From NCBI GenBank assembly GCA_044070495.1, contig JBIPSI010000003.1:173894-237893 (forward strand): 64,000 nt of DNA. The letters are read 5' to 3'. Every line of letters begins with the position of its first letter. Position 1 is the stretch's first letter. Positions 32,464 through 42,424 of the stretch are shown in pieces. This DNA comes from Spirulina sp. (GTDB taxonomy: Bacteria; Cyanobacteriota; Cyanobacteriia; Phormidesmidales; Phormidesmidaceae). Both the position numbers and the translations under genes were made by a program. The notes under the pieces are model-generated. The model searched no databases. It worked only from the letters and a program-made list of their open reading frames with translations, and was not told the origin of the DNA.

Positions 32464-32739
32464 ATGCTTGATCAATCGACCCAATTTCTTACCGAATCCG
32501 AATCCGCTAAGGTGGATGCCGCGCTGCTGTCTTCGCCAGAAAAGTTTCTGGCTCGGCTCACCATTTCCACCGCCAAACTGTTGGGGATTATCTCCGCCGA
32601 TTTAGGGATTCCCCTGGCGTCCCTCTCCGCCACCCACATCATTCAATGGTTTGAAGACGACGCCAAACGCAAGCGCGAACAGGGCATGGATGCCGCTGTC
32701 CTCAAATGGGATTCTGAGGATTTAGACACTGCCCCATAA
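32464..32739 (+). CDS. Small hypothetical protein
   Basis: FLT..ESA.VDAALLSS.EKFL.RLTIS motif, recalled from cyanobacterial hypothetical proteins. Confidence 0.75.
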   Translation: MLDQSTQFLTESESAKVDAALLSSPEKFLARLTISTAKLLGIISADLGIPLASLSATHIIQWFEDDAKRKREQGMDAAVLKWDSEDLDTAP

Positions 32740-32862
32740 CCCTACTCCCTGCACCCTAAGGAGTAGACTTCGAGAGCCTAGACGCGTGACGAACCTTTCG
32801 TCGCCATGATTGCCCTCAGCGTTTCAACGGGGCCTGGGTTTCGTTTTTCCATGGCCCGTGGG

Positions 32863-34143
32863 CTACTTCAAACCCTTGACTCGATAGCCAATGTCGCGGC
32901 GGCAATACATTCCGTCGAAGTGGATTTTGTCTACGGCGGCGTAGGCGTTGGCGATGGCGGCCTCAAAGGTGTCGCCTAGGCCCGTGACTCCAAGGACGCG
33001 ACCCCCGTTAGCCACGGTAATGCCGCCCTTAGCTTGGGTACCGGCATGGAACACCAAGGCTCCGGTGTCGGCGGCTTCGGTGAGGCCAGAAATTTCCATG
33101 CCCTTGGGGTAGGCGTCGGGGTAGCCCTCGGCGGCTAGCACCACACAGGCGGCGGCACCGGGCTTCCATTCCAGGGGCGGCAGAGACTCTAAACGACCCT
33201 CAACGCAGGCCAGAATCACCTGATCCAACGGCGTTTCTAGCAGGGGCAGCACCGCCTGGGTTTCGGGATCGCCAAAGCGGCAGTTAAATTCCACGACTTT
33301 CGGATCGCCCTGGGGGGTAATCATCAGCCCCGCGTAGAGCACGCCGCGATAGTCGATGCCGCGACGGCGCAGGGTGGCCATGGCGGGTTCTAGCACCTCG
33401 GTTTGAATGCGCTCCATCAGGGCCGGAGTAACGACAGGGGTGGGGGCATAGGCTCCCATGCCGCCGGTGTTGGGGCCGGTGTCGCCTTCGCCAATGGCTT
33501 TGTGATCCTGGGCGGGCACCAGGGGCCGAATGGTTTGGCCGTCGGTGACCGCCAGCACCGAGGCTTCCTGGCCGGTCATAAATTCTTCGATCACCACCTG
33601 GCTACCCGCCGCACCAAACTTGCCGCTGAAGATTTCAGTGACCGCTGCGCTGGCTTCCTCTAGGGTTTGGGCCACAATCACACCCTTACCTGCCGCCAAG
33701 CCATCGGCTTTAACCACAATGGGAGCCGCTTGGGTCTTCAGGTAGGCCAGGGCGGTTGCTTCCTCTTCAAACACCTGGGCCTGGGCGGTGGGAATGCCCG
33801 CCTCCACCATCAGGGCCTTGGCCCAAGCCTTGCTGGCCTCAATCTGCGCCCCCGCTTTAGATGGGCCAAATACCTTCAGCCCTTGGGCCTGGAGGAAATC
33901 CGTAATACCGAGGGCGAGGGGTTGTTCTGGCCCCACCACCACCAGTTCTAGGTTGTTGACCAGGGCAAAGCGGGCAATGCCTTCAAAGTCTTCGGGGTTG
34001 AGGGCCAGGTTGCGGCAGTGGGGCAGGGTTGCGGTGCCACCATTACCAGGGATGCAAACCACCTCTGTAATCTTGGCAGACTGAAGCAGCATCCAGGCTA
34101 GGGTATGTTCTCGGCCACCACTACCGATCACTAAAGCTTTCAC
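32863..34143 (-). CDS. purD: Phosphoribosylamine-glycine ligase
   Basis: GSGGREH, KADGLAAGKGV, QDHK and EFNCRFGDPE motifs. Confidence 0.98.
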   Translation of the reverse strand: MKALVIGSGGREHTLAWMLLQSAKITEVVCIPGNGGTATLPHCRNLALNPEDFEGIARFALVNNLELVVVGPEQPLALGITDFLQAQGLKVFGPSKAGAQIEASKAWAKALMVEAGIPTAQAQVFEEEATALAYLKTQAAPIVVKADGLAAGKGVIVAQTLEEASAAVTEIFSGKFGAAGSQVVIEEFMTGQEASVLAVTDGQTIRPLVPAQDHKAIGEGDTGPNTGGMGAYAPTPVVTPALMERIQTEVLEPAMATLRRRGIDYRGVLYAGLMITPQGDPKVVEFNCRFGDPETQAVLPLLETPLDQVILACVEGRLESLPPLEWKPGAAACVVLAAEGYPDAYPKGMEISGLTEAADTGALVFHAGTQAKGGITVANGGRVLGVTGLGDTFEAAIANAYAAVDKIHFDGMYCRRDIGYRVKGLK

Positions 34144-34506
34144 AGACAACCTCCCCTATATACGTTCATTCTTGGCTGACGCCAATCCGCTGAATGTCCA
34201 AACTAGACCCATGCTCTCCGAAGGGCTTGGGGGTTTGGTCATCAGCCGCCAGCGGCCCAGGCTTGGGTGCACCCCCGATCAATGACCGTTGCGCTCCCCA
34301 TTGTCCCATGTTCCTTGCGGAATCGACATCACCTTTCAATCCACGATCTAGCGGCGGCAGACGCCCCATGGAACCACTGCTTTCCCCTCTTTTTAGGCCC
34401 AGGGGATGGTCAATATATGGCAGGATAGGCGGGGCTGTGGGAGGTCGTAGGTCTCGGCCCATGGCTCCTAGGCGGTGGGTAATCATTGAACATAGGGCAA
34501 CGTGCG

Positions 34507-35649
34507 ATGTACGACTGTATTGTGGTTGGGGCTGGCCCAGCGGGGGCCTCTACGGCCTATCACTTGGCCCAGCGGGGGCACTCAGTTTTAGTGCTAGATA
34601 AGGAGGCCTTACCGCGCTACAAGCCTTGTAGTGGGGCCGTTTCGCCCAGCGTGGCCCAGTATTTTGAGTTTGACTTTGCCCCCGCCATCGACAGCCAGCG
34701 GCGACGGGTGCGCTACACCTACCAACTGGATGACCCCATTGACGCGGAACTGACCACCACGGAACCGATTTGGATGGTGCGGCGGGAGGTGTTTGACCAG
34801 TTCCTCGTGCAGCAGGCCCAGGCCCAGGGGGCCGAGGTGCGGGATAGCACTCCGGTGACGGGAATTGCCCTAGTGGGCGACCACTGGCGGGTTTCGACCC
34901 CCCAGGGAGACCTGGCAGCGTCCTACCTCGTAGCGGCGGATGGTGCCCAGGGGCCAATGGCGGGATGGCTGGGATTTCCGGCCCTGCCCCTGCGATCTGC
35001 CACAGTCCTGGAGGTACCCACGGTGGAGCCTGTGCCGGACACCTTCCCCATCAGCTTTGAGTTTGGCCTGGTGAAGCAGGGCTGTCTGTGGAACTTCCCC
35101 AAACGTCAGGGCTATTCCATCGGGGCGGCCAACTTCCTCGGCAAAATGACGCCGGAAAAGGCTACCCTCGCCTACCAAACCGCCCTAGCCCGCTATTGCC
35201 AAACCATCGGCGTTGACCCAGCCCAGGCCCAGGCCCATCACCATGCCCTCAAACTATGGGATGGTCACCATCCCTTGCATACCGAGCGGGCGGTGCTGGT
35301 GGGGGAGGCGGCGGCCATTGTGGATCCCCTCAGTTCCGAGGGCATTCGTCCCGGCATGATTAGCGGCGTGAAGGCGGCGGCGGCCATCCATGCAGCCCTA
35401 GCGGGGGAGTCCGATGCTCTGGCAGGCTACACCACAGAAATGCAAACCTCCTGGGGGGCCGATATGCAGTGGGCCAAGCGGATTTCGGGCTTATTTTTCC
35501 GGGTGCCGGGAATTGGCTATCGAGTGGGCATTAAGCGCCCCACCGCCACCCAGCGCCTAGGCCAAATTTTGGCGGGCGAAGTGCAGTATGCCGACATCGC
35601 CAACCGAGTGATGAAGCGCCTCAGCGGGGGGCTAATTCCTGGGCTGTAG
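34507..35649 (+). CDS. Geranylgeranyl reductase-family FAD oxidoreductase
   Basis: VGAGPAG, PRYKPC, AADGA and DP...EGI motifs. Confidence 0.9.
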   Translation: MYDCIVVGAGPAGASTAYHLAQRGHSVLVLDKEALPRYKPCSGAVSPSVAQYFEFDFAPAIDSQRRRVRYTYQLDDPIDAELTTTEPIWMVRREVFDQFLVQQAQAQGAEVRDSTPVTGIALVGDHWRVSTPQGDLAASYLVAADGAQGPMAGWLGFPALPLRSATVLEVPTVEPVPDTFPISFEFGLVKQGCLWNFPKRQGYSIGAANFLGKMTPEKATLAYQTALARYCQTIGVDPAQAQAHHHALKLWDGHHPLHTERAVLVGEAAAIVDPLSSEGIRPGMISGVKAAAAIHAALAGESDALAGYTTEMQTSWGADMQWAKRISGLFFRVPGIGYRVGIKRPTATQRLGQILAGEVQYADIANRVMKRLSGGLIPGL

Positions 35650-35662
35650 CCTCTGGTGCTAG

Positions 35663-35792
35663 GGCGTGTCATCAATCGGATGAAATTAACGATTCCTCGA
35701 CACTCTGGTTGCCCAGGCAAGGGGCTTAAGTCCCTTGTTCCACTAGGATGGTGACAGCAAAATGCGGGCTTGAGCTTATTGGATGACAAGCC
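35663..35792. mobile_element. MITE with IS5-like ends carrying a 20-bp palindrome
   Basis: GGCGTGTCATC / GATGACAAGCC flanked by CTAG and TTAG; CAAGGGGCTTAAGTCCCTTG at 35718-35737. Confidence 0.6.
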
Positions 35793-35849
35793 TTAGGGAT
35801 TTGGTGAATTGCTTCGCGTTGACGCAGTCACACCTTGGCGTGATGCACC

Positions 35850-37727
35850 CTAGGAGTCGGGGCTGCCGTTGGATTCTGGGGTTGGGGGCTGATCCCCTGG
35901 GGGCACGACGGGAATTTCGATGGAGTCTTCTGGGGTGGTGGGTTCGGGGATGGAGCGAGTGAACCACCAACTGGCAACGGCGGTGATCAGAACCGCCCCG
36001 GAGAGCAGCAGCACCCAAAGGGGAACGGCCCTGGGCTTGGTCGGCAAGGGTGCGCTGACATCCTCGTCCTGGGTTTCGCCGTAGAGGGTGGCTCCGGCGG
36101 TGCGGCGGGGAGTTTCGGTGGGCGTTGGGGCATCCTCAGAGGCTTCGACGGGGGCGGCAATGCGGTGCTGAATCAGGACAACCGCCGTGTTGTCGTGGCC
36201 ATTTTTTTGGTTGGCCAGCTCGATCCAAGAGGCCACCGCCGACTCTAGGGTCACGATGTCTTTTACAATCAGGCCGATGTAGTTGGCCCAGGCCTCCTCA
36301 ATGCGGTAGTGGTCGCTGAGGCCATCGGAGCACAGCAGCAAAATCCCCGTTTCATCCAGCAAAAAACGCCGGATATGGGGCTGAAAATAGTCGCCGCTGC
36401 GGGTGCCTAGGGCCTGGGTCAGGGCTCCGGCGTCGCTGCGTTCTAGGGCCAGGGAGAGGGTTTGTCGTCCTGCGGTCACCTCCCGTCCGGCGATGTCGTC
36501 ATCCACGGTGAGCTGATGGCAATAGTCGGGGGTGATCCAGTAGGCGCGGCTGTCGCCAACGTGGGCCAGGTAGACCTCAGTAACCCGCTGGGATCCGGCC
36601 TCGGTGGTTACCCGCTGGGGGACAAGGACGGCCATCACCAGGGTGGTGCCCATGCGCTGCCGCCCTACCCGACTTTGGTTGTCGTTTTGAAAACAAATCA
36701 GGTCATTAACAATCCGCAGCACCGCCTCGATTTGCTGAATCACCACCTGGGGCGGAAGAATTTGGGTTTCCTTCTCCGTTTCCGCCAGCAGGGTTTGCAG
36801 TTGCAGTTTGAGGGACTGAATCGCCAACTGACTGGCCACCTCGCCGCCCTCATGGCCACCCACCCCATCGCACACAATGCCCACCTGCAAGCCTTCCTGG
36901 GCATCGAGGGTGAGGCCATCGGGCCAACAGGCATCTTCGTTGCGGGGCTGGGTGGGGCCGAGGGCGGTGGCACCCGCGAGGGCAAAGCGTCCGGGCCGCA
37001 GGGCACTCTGTTCCAGCAGCATTTGATTGAGCCGCTGGTCTAGGGCATCGGCATCAAGCTGCCCTGTTTCTAGATCGGTGAGGAGTACGGCCAAGGGTTC
37101 CGAGATCGACAGGTGCAGGGGCGACAGCCAAGATCGCCATAGGGCCGCTAGATCATTCAAGCTAGGAACGGGATCATCACCATAGAGTTCCAGCAGCCGA
37201 ATCCGCCATCCCTCCACCCGAATGTTTTGGGGCTGAAGCAAGCTGCGCCGTAAACCGTAGCCCTCCAACCGCTGCCACAGTTCCCAGGCTTGCCAGATCC
37301 AATGCATTTGGCGCAGGGGCTGGGCCTCAAACAGGGCCGTTTCGATATCCGGGAACAGAATCCCCGCCTGGGGATGAATCGGGGCATTTTCCAGCAGCAG
37401 CATCGGCTCCGACAAACCGGGCTGGAGCACCCCATAAAGACCGGGCACATGCAGGCGTAGAGGATGGGTTTGTAGGTAGGGCAGGGCTTGGCTGGGCAGA
37501 CTATCGGGGGTGTCGGGCCGCTGGTCGGGCTGGGTATCGAGCCACAGACGCGGAGCCACCACTCGGTAGCGTTGCCCCACGAGTTCATCAATGGGCAGGT
37601 GTTCAATACCGTCGCCCACGACCCATAGGTAGGGCTGGTAGCGGGTAGAAAAGCGCTCAGCACGGTTCATAGTCTCAGGCCGATCTTGGGCAGGGGGCGT
37701 GGGCATTGGGAAAAGGGGCAAACCCAT
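35850..37727 (-). CDS. PP2C-family Ser/Thr phosphatase with N-terminal extension and C-terminal TM
   Basis: NEDA, CDGVGG, MGTT, HVGDSR, CSDGL and DNTA motifs. Confidence 0.92.
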   Translation of the reverse strand: MGLPLFPMPTPPAQDRPETMNRAERFSTRYQPYLWVVGDGIEHLPIDELVGQRYRVVAPRLWLDTQPDQRPDTPDSLPSQALPYLQTHPLRLHVPGLYGVLQPGLSEPMLLLENAPIHPQAGILFPDIETALFEAQPLRQMHWIWQAWELWQRLEGYGLRRSLLQPQNIRVEGWRIRLLELYGDDPVPSLNDLAALWRSWLSPLHLSISEPLAVLLTDLETGQLDADALDQRLNQMLLEQSALRPGRFALAGATALGPTQPRNEDACWPDGLTLDAQEGLQVGIVCDGVGGHEGGEVASQLAIQSLKLQLQTLLAETEKETQILPPQVVIQQIEAVLRIVNDLICFQNDNQSRVGRQRMGTTLVMAVLVPQRVTTEAGSQRVTEVYLAHVGDSRAYWITPDYCHQLTVDDDIAGREVTAGRQTLSLALERSDAGALTQALGTRSGDYFQPHIRRFLLDETGILLLCSDGLSDHYRIEEAWANYIGLIVKDIVTLESAVASWIELANQKNGHDNTAVVLIQHRIAAPVEASEDAPTPTETPRRTAGATLYGETQDEDVSAPLPTKPRAVPLWVLLLSGAVLITAVASWWFTRSIPEPTTPEDSIEIPVVPPGDQPPTPESNGSPDS

Positions 37728-37887
37728 GGCCGCAAACTCCCGATACGAGGTCGCCGTTCGGGGGGCAAGGGTCGGACTAACCGGGCGCTATCCGTTACAA
37801 GAATGTTATTAGCGCCCCCAAGTCCTGGCCTCTAAGGATAGATTAAACCTAGACAGATCGAACATTGCGGTAGGCAACCCGGTCACC

Positions 37888-38322
37888 ATGAACTATGCCT
37901 TGTTCTGGCTCATTTTAGGAACGGTGCTCTGCCTGATGGAGCTTTTCATTCCCACAGCCTTTGTGGAATCCACCCTGGGGGTGAGTGCCTTGGTGGTGGC
38001 GCTGGTGGCACTGGTGGTGCCCCTGTTCAGCGTCCAGGCGGCCCTGTGGATGGTGCTGTCGCTCATTTTCATCTTTTTCCTGAAGCGGTTTGTGCCCCAG
38101 CGCACGCCCCCCATTTTGCTGGATGCCACCGAAGCCCGCACCCTCACCGCCATTGCCCCTGGGGAAGCGGGGCGGGTGATCTACGAAGGCAATTCCTGGC
38201 AAGCCCGCTGCGACGATGAGGCCATTACCATTGGAGCCAACCAGGAGGTGGTCGTGGTGCGGCGCAAGGGCAACACCCTATACGTCATGCCCGAAGACGC
38301 CATCCAGAAATGGCAACCCTAG
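37888..38322 (+). CDS. NfeD-family protein
   Basis: Three TM helices plus OB-fold GRVIYEG.SW.AR. Confidence 0.88.
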   Translation: MNYALFWLILGTVLCLMELFIPTAFVESTLGVSALVVALVALVVPLFSVQAALWMVLSLIFIFFLKRFVPQRTPPILLDATEARTLTAIAPGEAGRVIYEGNSWQARCDDEAITIGANQEVVVVRRKGNTLYVMPEDAIQKWQP

Positions 38323-38451
38323 CCCGCCCTAACCAATCATTAGCAAAGCGCATCAAAAATAGAAAAAACTTATATCTTTTACATAATGCTATTTGACTAA
38401 ATTATCGCTAAGCTAGGGGCATGTTCAGCTACACCCTAGGAGCCGTCAACC

Positions 38452-38739
38452 ATGACCCTCACCACCGCCCTACAAAGCAAGACCATTGCCAACCCTGCCG
38501 CCCCCACCTCTCCGGCCATTGATCGCCCCATCACCCTAGAGGCTCGGCTGCAAGTCGCCCTAGAACACGCCCGCCGCCTAACCGCCATGTATGGCACAGA
38601 GTCCCGTGAGGTCGCCATGGCCTGGGATACGGTGGAAGACCTGTGGACAGCCCAACGGCGGCAGAAAGCCCAAACCCCCTTTGAACGCTACTGCGAAACC
38701 TACCCCGATGCCCCAGAAGCCCGCATTTACGAGGTTTAG
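38452..38739 (+). CDS. cp12: CP12-domain protein (single-Cys variant)
   Basis: AWDTVEDL core and FERYCETYPDAPEARIYE tail. Confidence 0.88.
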   Translation: MTLTTALQSKTIANPAAPTSPAIDRPITLEARLQVALEHARRLTAMYGTESREVAMAWDTVEDLWTAQRRQKAQTPFERYCETYPDAPEARIYEV

Positions 38740-38943
38740 GTCGGTTTAGGATCGACCAGGGTTTAAGTTTCCTCATCCATAGGGTCGCCGCGCTGAAAGT
38801 CTTCGAGACCGCCAGGGTGGCGATTTTCTTTGTCCTTAAGAATTTCTATGCCCTTAAGAAGCGCCCCCAATGCAAACCTTGCAACCGGGCAGAAACGCTA
38901 AAATTCAACACAATTCAACCCGCGCTCAGCATGAGGGAAAGCC

Positions 38944-39516
38944 ATGTCTGTTGTCGTAAAACCCATGACCCTAAAGGACTACCTCGCCTATGACGACGGC
39001 ACCGACACCCGCTACGAACTGGTGAATGGAGAACTCGTCGTAAAGCCAGTAGGAAGTGACCTGGATCATCGAATTGCCTCGTTTTTGTTCGCCACATTTT
39101 TGCACCTAGGCATTCCCTACTATCGGATAAGCATCGGCACCCAAATTGCCGTTAGTGGAGCCAGGGCCACCGCCCGCGAGCCGGATTTGGTGGTGCTCTC
39201 AGAAGCCGCCGCCGAAGCGCTAGAGGGGACCAGCAGCGACCTACTCACCTACGACATGCCGCCGCCGTTGCTGGTGGTGGAAGTGGTCAGCCCTGGCCAA
39301 GGCGACCGGGATTATTGCCACAAACGCAGCGAATATGCCGCTCGTTGTATTCCTGAGTATTGGATCGTAGACCCCACCGCCCAAAAAGTGACCGTGTTGG
39401 AATGGGTGGACGGCCTGTATGAAGAGCGCGTTTACGTCGGGGAGGCGGTGATTCAATCCCCGCAGTTGCCTGAATTGAATCTGGTAGCCACAACGGTTTT
39501 GGCCGCAGGGCGATGA
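38944..39516 (+). CDS. Uma2 family endonuclease
   Basis: YELVNG, EPD, VEVVSP and KRSEYA..IPEYWIVD motifs. Confidence 0.92.
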   Translation: MSVVVKPMTLKDYLAYDDGTDTRYELVNGELVVKPVGSDLDHRIASFLFATFLHLGIPYYRISIGTQIAVSGARATAREPDLVVLSEAAAEALEGTSSDLLTYDMPPPLLVVEVVSPGQGDRDYCHKRSEYAARCIPEYWIVDPTAQKVTVLEWVDGLYEERVYVGEAVIQSPQLPELNLVATTVLAAGR

Positions 39517-39613
39517 AGCTGAATGATTCTAGTGATGGGGTGGTCTGAATTCAGCGTGATGAATCGACTAATCAACATGGCATGATCGATTAATCAACCC
39601 AGGATTTCCTCCC

Positions 39614-40177
39614 ATGACCACGGTGCTTAATCTTGATGTTTTGACCCAAGGGTTAACCAGGGAGCAATTTGTCCGTCTGTGCGACAGTAATCCAGACCTG
39701 CGACTAGAGCGTTCTCCCCAAGGCGAGTTGGTGATTATGAGTCCAGTCGGTGGCGAAAGTGGGAACCGCGAGGCGACGCTGATTACCAAGGTCGGCCTTT
39801 GGAACGAGCAAGCGCAGTTGGGCCTTGTGTTTAGTTCATCCACTGTCTTCAGCTTGCCCCAGGGGGGAGATCGATCCCCTGATGTGGCCTGGGTGGCGAA
39901 ATCTCGCTGGTTGGCCCTCAGCCCCGCCGACCGGGAAGCCTTTCCGCCCCTGTGCCCCGATTTTGTGATTGAGTTGCGTTCCCGCAGCGACCGTCTTCCG
40001 CCGCTACAAGCCAAGATGGAGGAATATCTGGCCAGCGGATTGCGTCTGGGTTGGCTGATTAACCCTCAAGATCAGCAGGTTGAAATTTATCGCCCCCACC
40101 AATTACCCCAGGTGTGTGCTTTGCCCGCTTGGCTCTCTGGGGAAGAGGTGCTGCCCGGTTTTGAGTTGGCACTTTAA
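39614..40177 (+). CDS. Uma2 family endonuclease
   Basis: RSPDVAW, CPDFVIELRS and KMEEY..G.RLGWLI motifs. Confidence 0.93.
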   Translation: MTTVLNLDVLTQGLTREQFVRLCDSNPDLRLERSPQGELVIMSPVGGESGNREATLITKVGLWNEQAQLGLVFSSSTVFSLPQGGDRSPDVAWVAKSRWLALSPADREAFPPLCPDFVIELRSRSDRLPPLQAKMEEYLASGLRLGWLINPQDQQVEIYRPHQLPQVCALPAWLSGEEVLPGFELAL

Positions 40178-40187
40178 CGTGGACGCT

Positions 40188-40979
40188 TTAACCGTGATGG
40201 GGATCTTGGTGGGGGATGAGGGAGTGGGGTTTTTCTAGGCCGTGTTTTTCCATCAGGGCTTGGTCGCCCATCACCACCGTAGGACAGCCATCGGCGATGA
40301 TGCGGCCTTCGTCGATCAGCAGCACCCGGTCGCAAACTTCTAAAACAAATTCCAAATCGTGGGAGGAGATCAGCAGGGTTTCGGTGGAGTTTTTGAGGAA
40401 GCGGATCAGGCGTCGGCGGGTGCGGAGATCGAGGCTGGCGGTGGGTTCGTCGCAGAGGAGAATTTTGGGGGTCATGGCCAGCAGTCCGGCGATGGCGACC
40501 ATTTGTTTTTCGCCGCCAGAGAGGTGATGGGGCAGGCGGTGCAGCAGGGGAGTGATGCCCGTCATTTCGGCGGCCTGGGAGACGCGGGCTTCCACTTCAG
40601 CGGGATCTAAACCCATGTTCTGGGGGCCAAAGGCGATGTCGTCGCGCACCGAGGCAGAAAAGAGCTGATCGTCGGGGTCTTGGAATAACAGTCCCACCTC
40701 TGGCCGAAACTGTCCCGGTTTCAGGGGTTCGCCAAACAGGGCAATGTCCCCTGCCGTGGGAGTCAGCACGCCGCAGAGCAGCATGAACAGGGTAGTTTTG
40801 CCGCAGCCATTGTGGCCAATGATGCCCAGCCGTTCCCCTTCGTGCACCGTCAGGTCGATGCCGCACAGCACGTCGGGCTGGTCGGGGTAGGAAAAGGAAA
40901 GCCCTTGGGTGGTAATAGCCACGGGCCGCTGGTCGGGGCTGGTCATTTGGTTGAGGCTGGTGGAAACGGAATCCATCAT
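40188..40979 (-). CDS. cbiO: ECF transporter ATPase
   Basis: GHNGCGKTT, FQDPDDQLF and LSGGEK motifs; start set at the overlap with cbiQ. Confidence 0.9.
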   Translation of the reverse strand: MMDSVSTSLNQMTSPDQRPVAITTQGLSFSYPDQPDVLCGIDLTVHEGERLGIIGHNGCGKTTLFMLLCGVLTPTAGDIALFGEPLKPGQFRPEVGLLFQDPDDQLFSASVRDDIAFGPQNMGLDPAEVEARVSQAAEMTGITPLLHRLPHHLSGGEKQMVAIAGLLAMTPKILLCDEPTASLDLRTRRRLIRFLKNSTETLLISSHDLEFVLEVCDRVLLIDEGRIIADGCPTVVMGDQALMEKHGLEKPHSLIPHQDPHHG

Positions 40980-41773
40980 GGGCGCAAGAGTCCTTCTGCA
41001 ATCACAATCCCCGCCGCCGCCAACAGGACGACCCCTGTCAGCAGCCAGCTTAGGGTGAGGTCTGGGGTGGGGGTTCCGGGCGTCACATTGGAGACCACCC
41101 CGTAGCCATAGCCCCGTAGCCGCATGGCCTTGTAGACCCGTTCCGACTGTTCGTAGCTGCGAATTAGTAAGTTTCCCGCCAGCATGGCCCGCTGCTGCAT
41201 GGCCTGCCCGTTGATGCGAAACCAGCGCTGCTTGGCCTGACCAAAGCCGCGCAGCCGCATGGCCTGTTGCATGGTGGCCAGGGTGTCGGCAATTTCGTAG
41301 AGATAGCGGTAGGCGAGGAGGGTCATATCCGCCAAGATGACGGGCAACCCTAGGCGACGCATGGTGTTTAGAATCGTTAAAAACGGCGTAGTGCCCAGCA
41401 AAATGAAACCGAGGGTCAAAATCGACAGAAATCGCCCCAAAATCAACCCTGTGGCCTGTAAACCCTCTTGACGCAAAGTCAACCAACCCCACTGGGCCAG
41501 CACCGTTTCGCCAACGGTCAGCGGCAACAGCAGCACCACGGCGAGGATGAACAAGCCGGGATAGCTCAGCCGTTGTCGCAAAAACGAAAAGGGTAATTCT
41601 GAGAGGCCGTAGAGCAGCAGGGCCAAGCCCAGCATCCAGGGCACTAGGGCCAACTGGCGCACCGTGGCAAAGGCAAACATTAGGGCCAGCAAACTCACCA
41701 GCTTCAGCCGGGGTGCCCAGCGATGAATCACCGACTCGCGGTGGATGTAGGTTTCAGACCGTAAAGCGCCCAT
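40976..41773 (-). CDS. cbiQ: ECF transporter T component
   Basis: TM helices; YRY, AMRLRG (twice) and SERVYKAM motifs. Confidence 0.92.
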   Translation of the reverse strand: MGALRSETYIHRESVIHRWAPRLKLVSLLALMFAFATVRQLALVPWMLGLALLLYGLSELPFSFLRQRLSYPGLFILAVVLLLPLTVGETVLAQWGWLTLRQEGLQATGLILGRFLSILTLGFILLGTTPFLTILNTMRRLGLPVILADMTLLAYRYLYEIADTLATMQQAMRLRGFGQAKQRWFRINGQAMQQRAMLAGNLLIRSYEQSERVYKAMRLRGYGYGVVSNVTPGTPTPDLTLSWLLTGVVLLAAAGIVIAEGLLRP

Positions 41774-41779
41774 TCTGGC

Positions 41780-42424
41780 CTAGCCCTCCAGCAATTCGGG
41801 TTTTACCCGCTGCAAGAAAACCACCAGCATGGCGGTGAAGATCCCTTCCACAACCATCAAGGGAATGTGGGCGATGGACAGGGTGAGAATGGCGGCTCGT
41901 TCGGCGTTGGCATCCACATCGGCGGGGATGTTGAGAATCACCAGGGCCAGAAAAATCAAGGCGGCGATGCCTAAACCCAAGGCACCCCCTAAAAAGGCAA
42001 AGGTTCCGGTGCGTACCGACGAGGGTAGGACTTTACCGATGGTATTGCGGCCCTGAAAAATGTGGTAAGCCAGCAGGGCCGGAATGCCCATCATGGCTGC
42101 ATTGACGCCCAGCGTAGTCAACCCACCGTGGCCGATCACCAACGCCTGGAAAAACAGGCCAATCAGAATCGCAGGGAAAGCAAAGTAGCCCAGCACTACC
42201 CCCAGCAGGCCGTTCAAAATCAGATGTACACTGGTGGGCGGCACGGGAATATAGATCGACGAGGCCACAAAAAATGCCGCCGTCAGCAACGAAGCCTTGG
42301 GAATTTCCGCCGTGGGGTCGGGTTTGCGGTTAATCTGGCGCAGGGAATACCAGGTGGCTAACCCCGTGATGGCATAGCCCGCCGCGCACACCTGGGCCGA
42401 AACAATACCGTCGGGAATATGCAC
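41780..42424 (-). CDS. cbiM: Co/Ni ECF S component
   Basis: MHIPDG N-terminus, SVH, HGG.TTLG and EG motifs. Confidence 0.95.
   Translation of the reverse strand: MHIPDGIVSAQVCAAGYAITGLATWYSLRQINRKPDPTAEIPKASLLTAAFFVASSIYIPVPPTSVHLILNGLLGVVLGYFAFPAILIGLFFQALVIGHGGLTTLGVNAAMMGIPALLAYHIFQGRNTIGKVLPSSVRTGTFAFLGGALGLGIAALIFLALVILNIPADVDANAERAAILTLSIAHIPLMVVEGIFTAMLVVFLQRVKPELLEG

Noticed and set aside
40980..41492. N-terminal extension of the 434-aa ORF
   Set aside because: It overlaps cbiQ in another frame; CbiO similarity begins near 40979.
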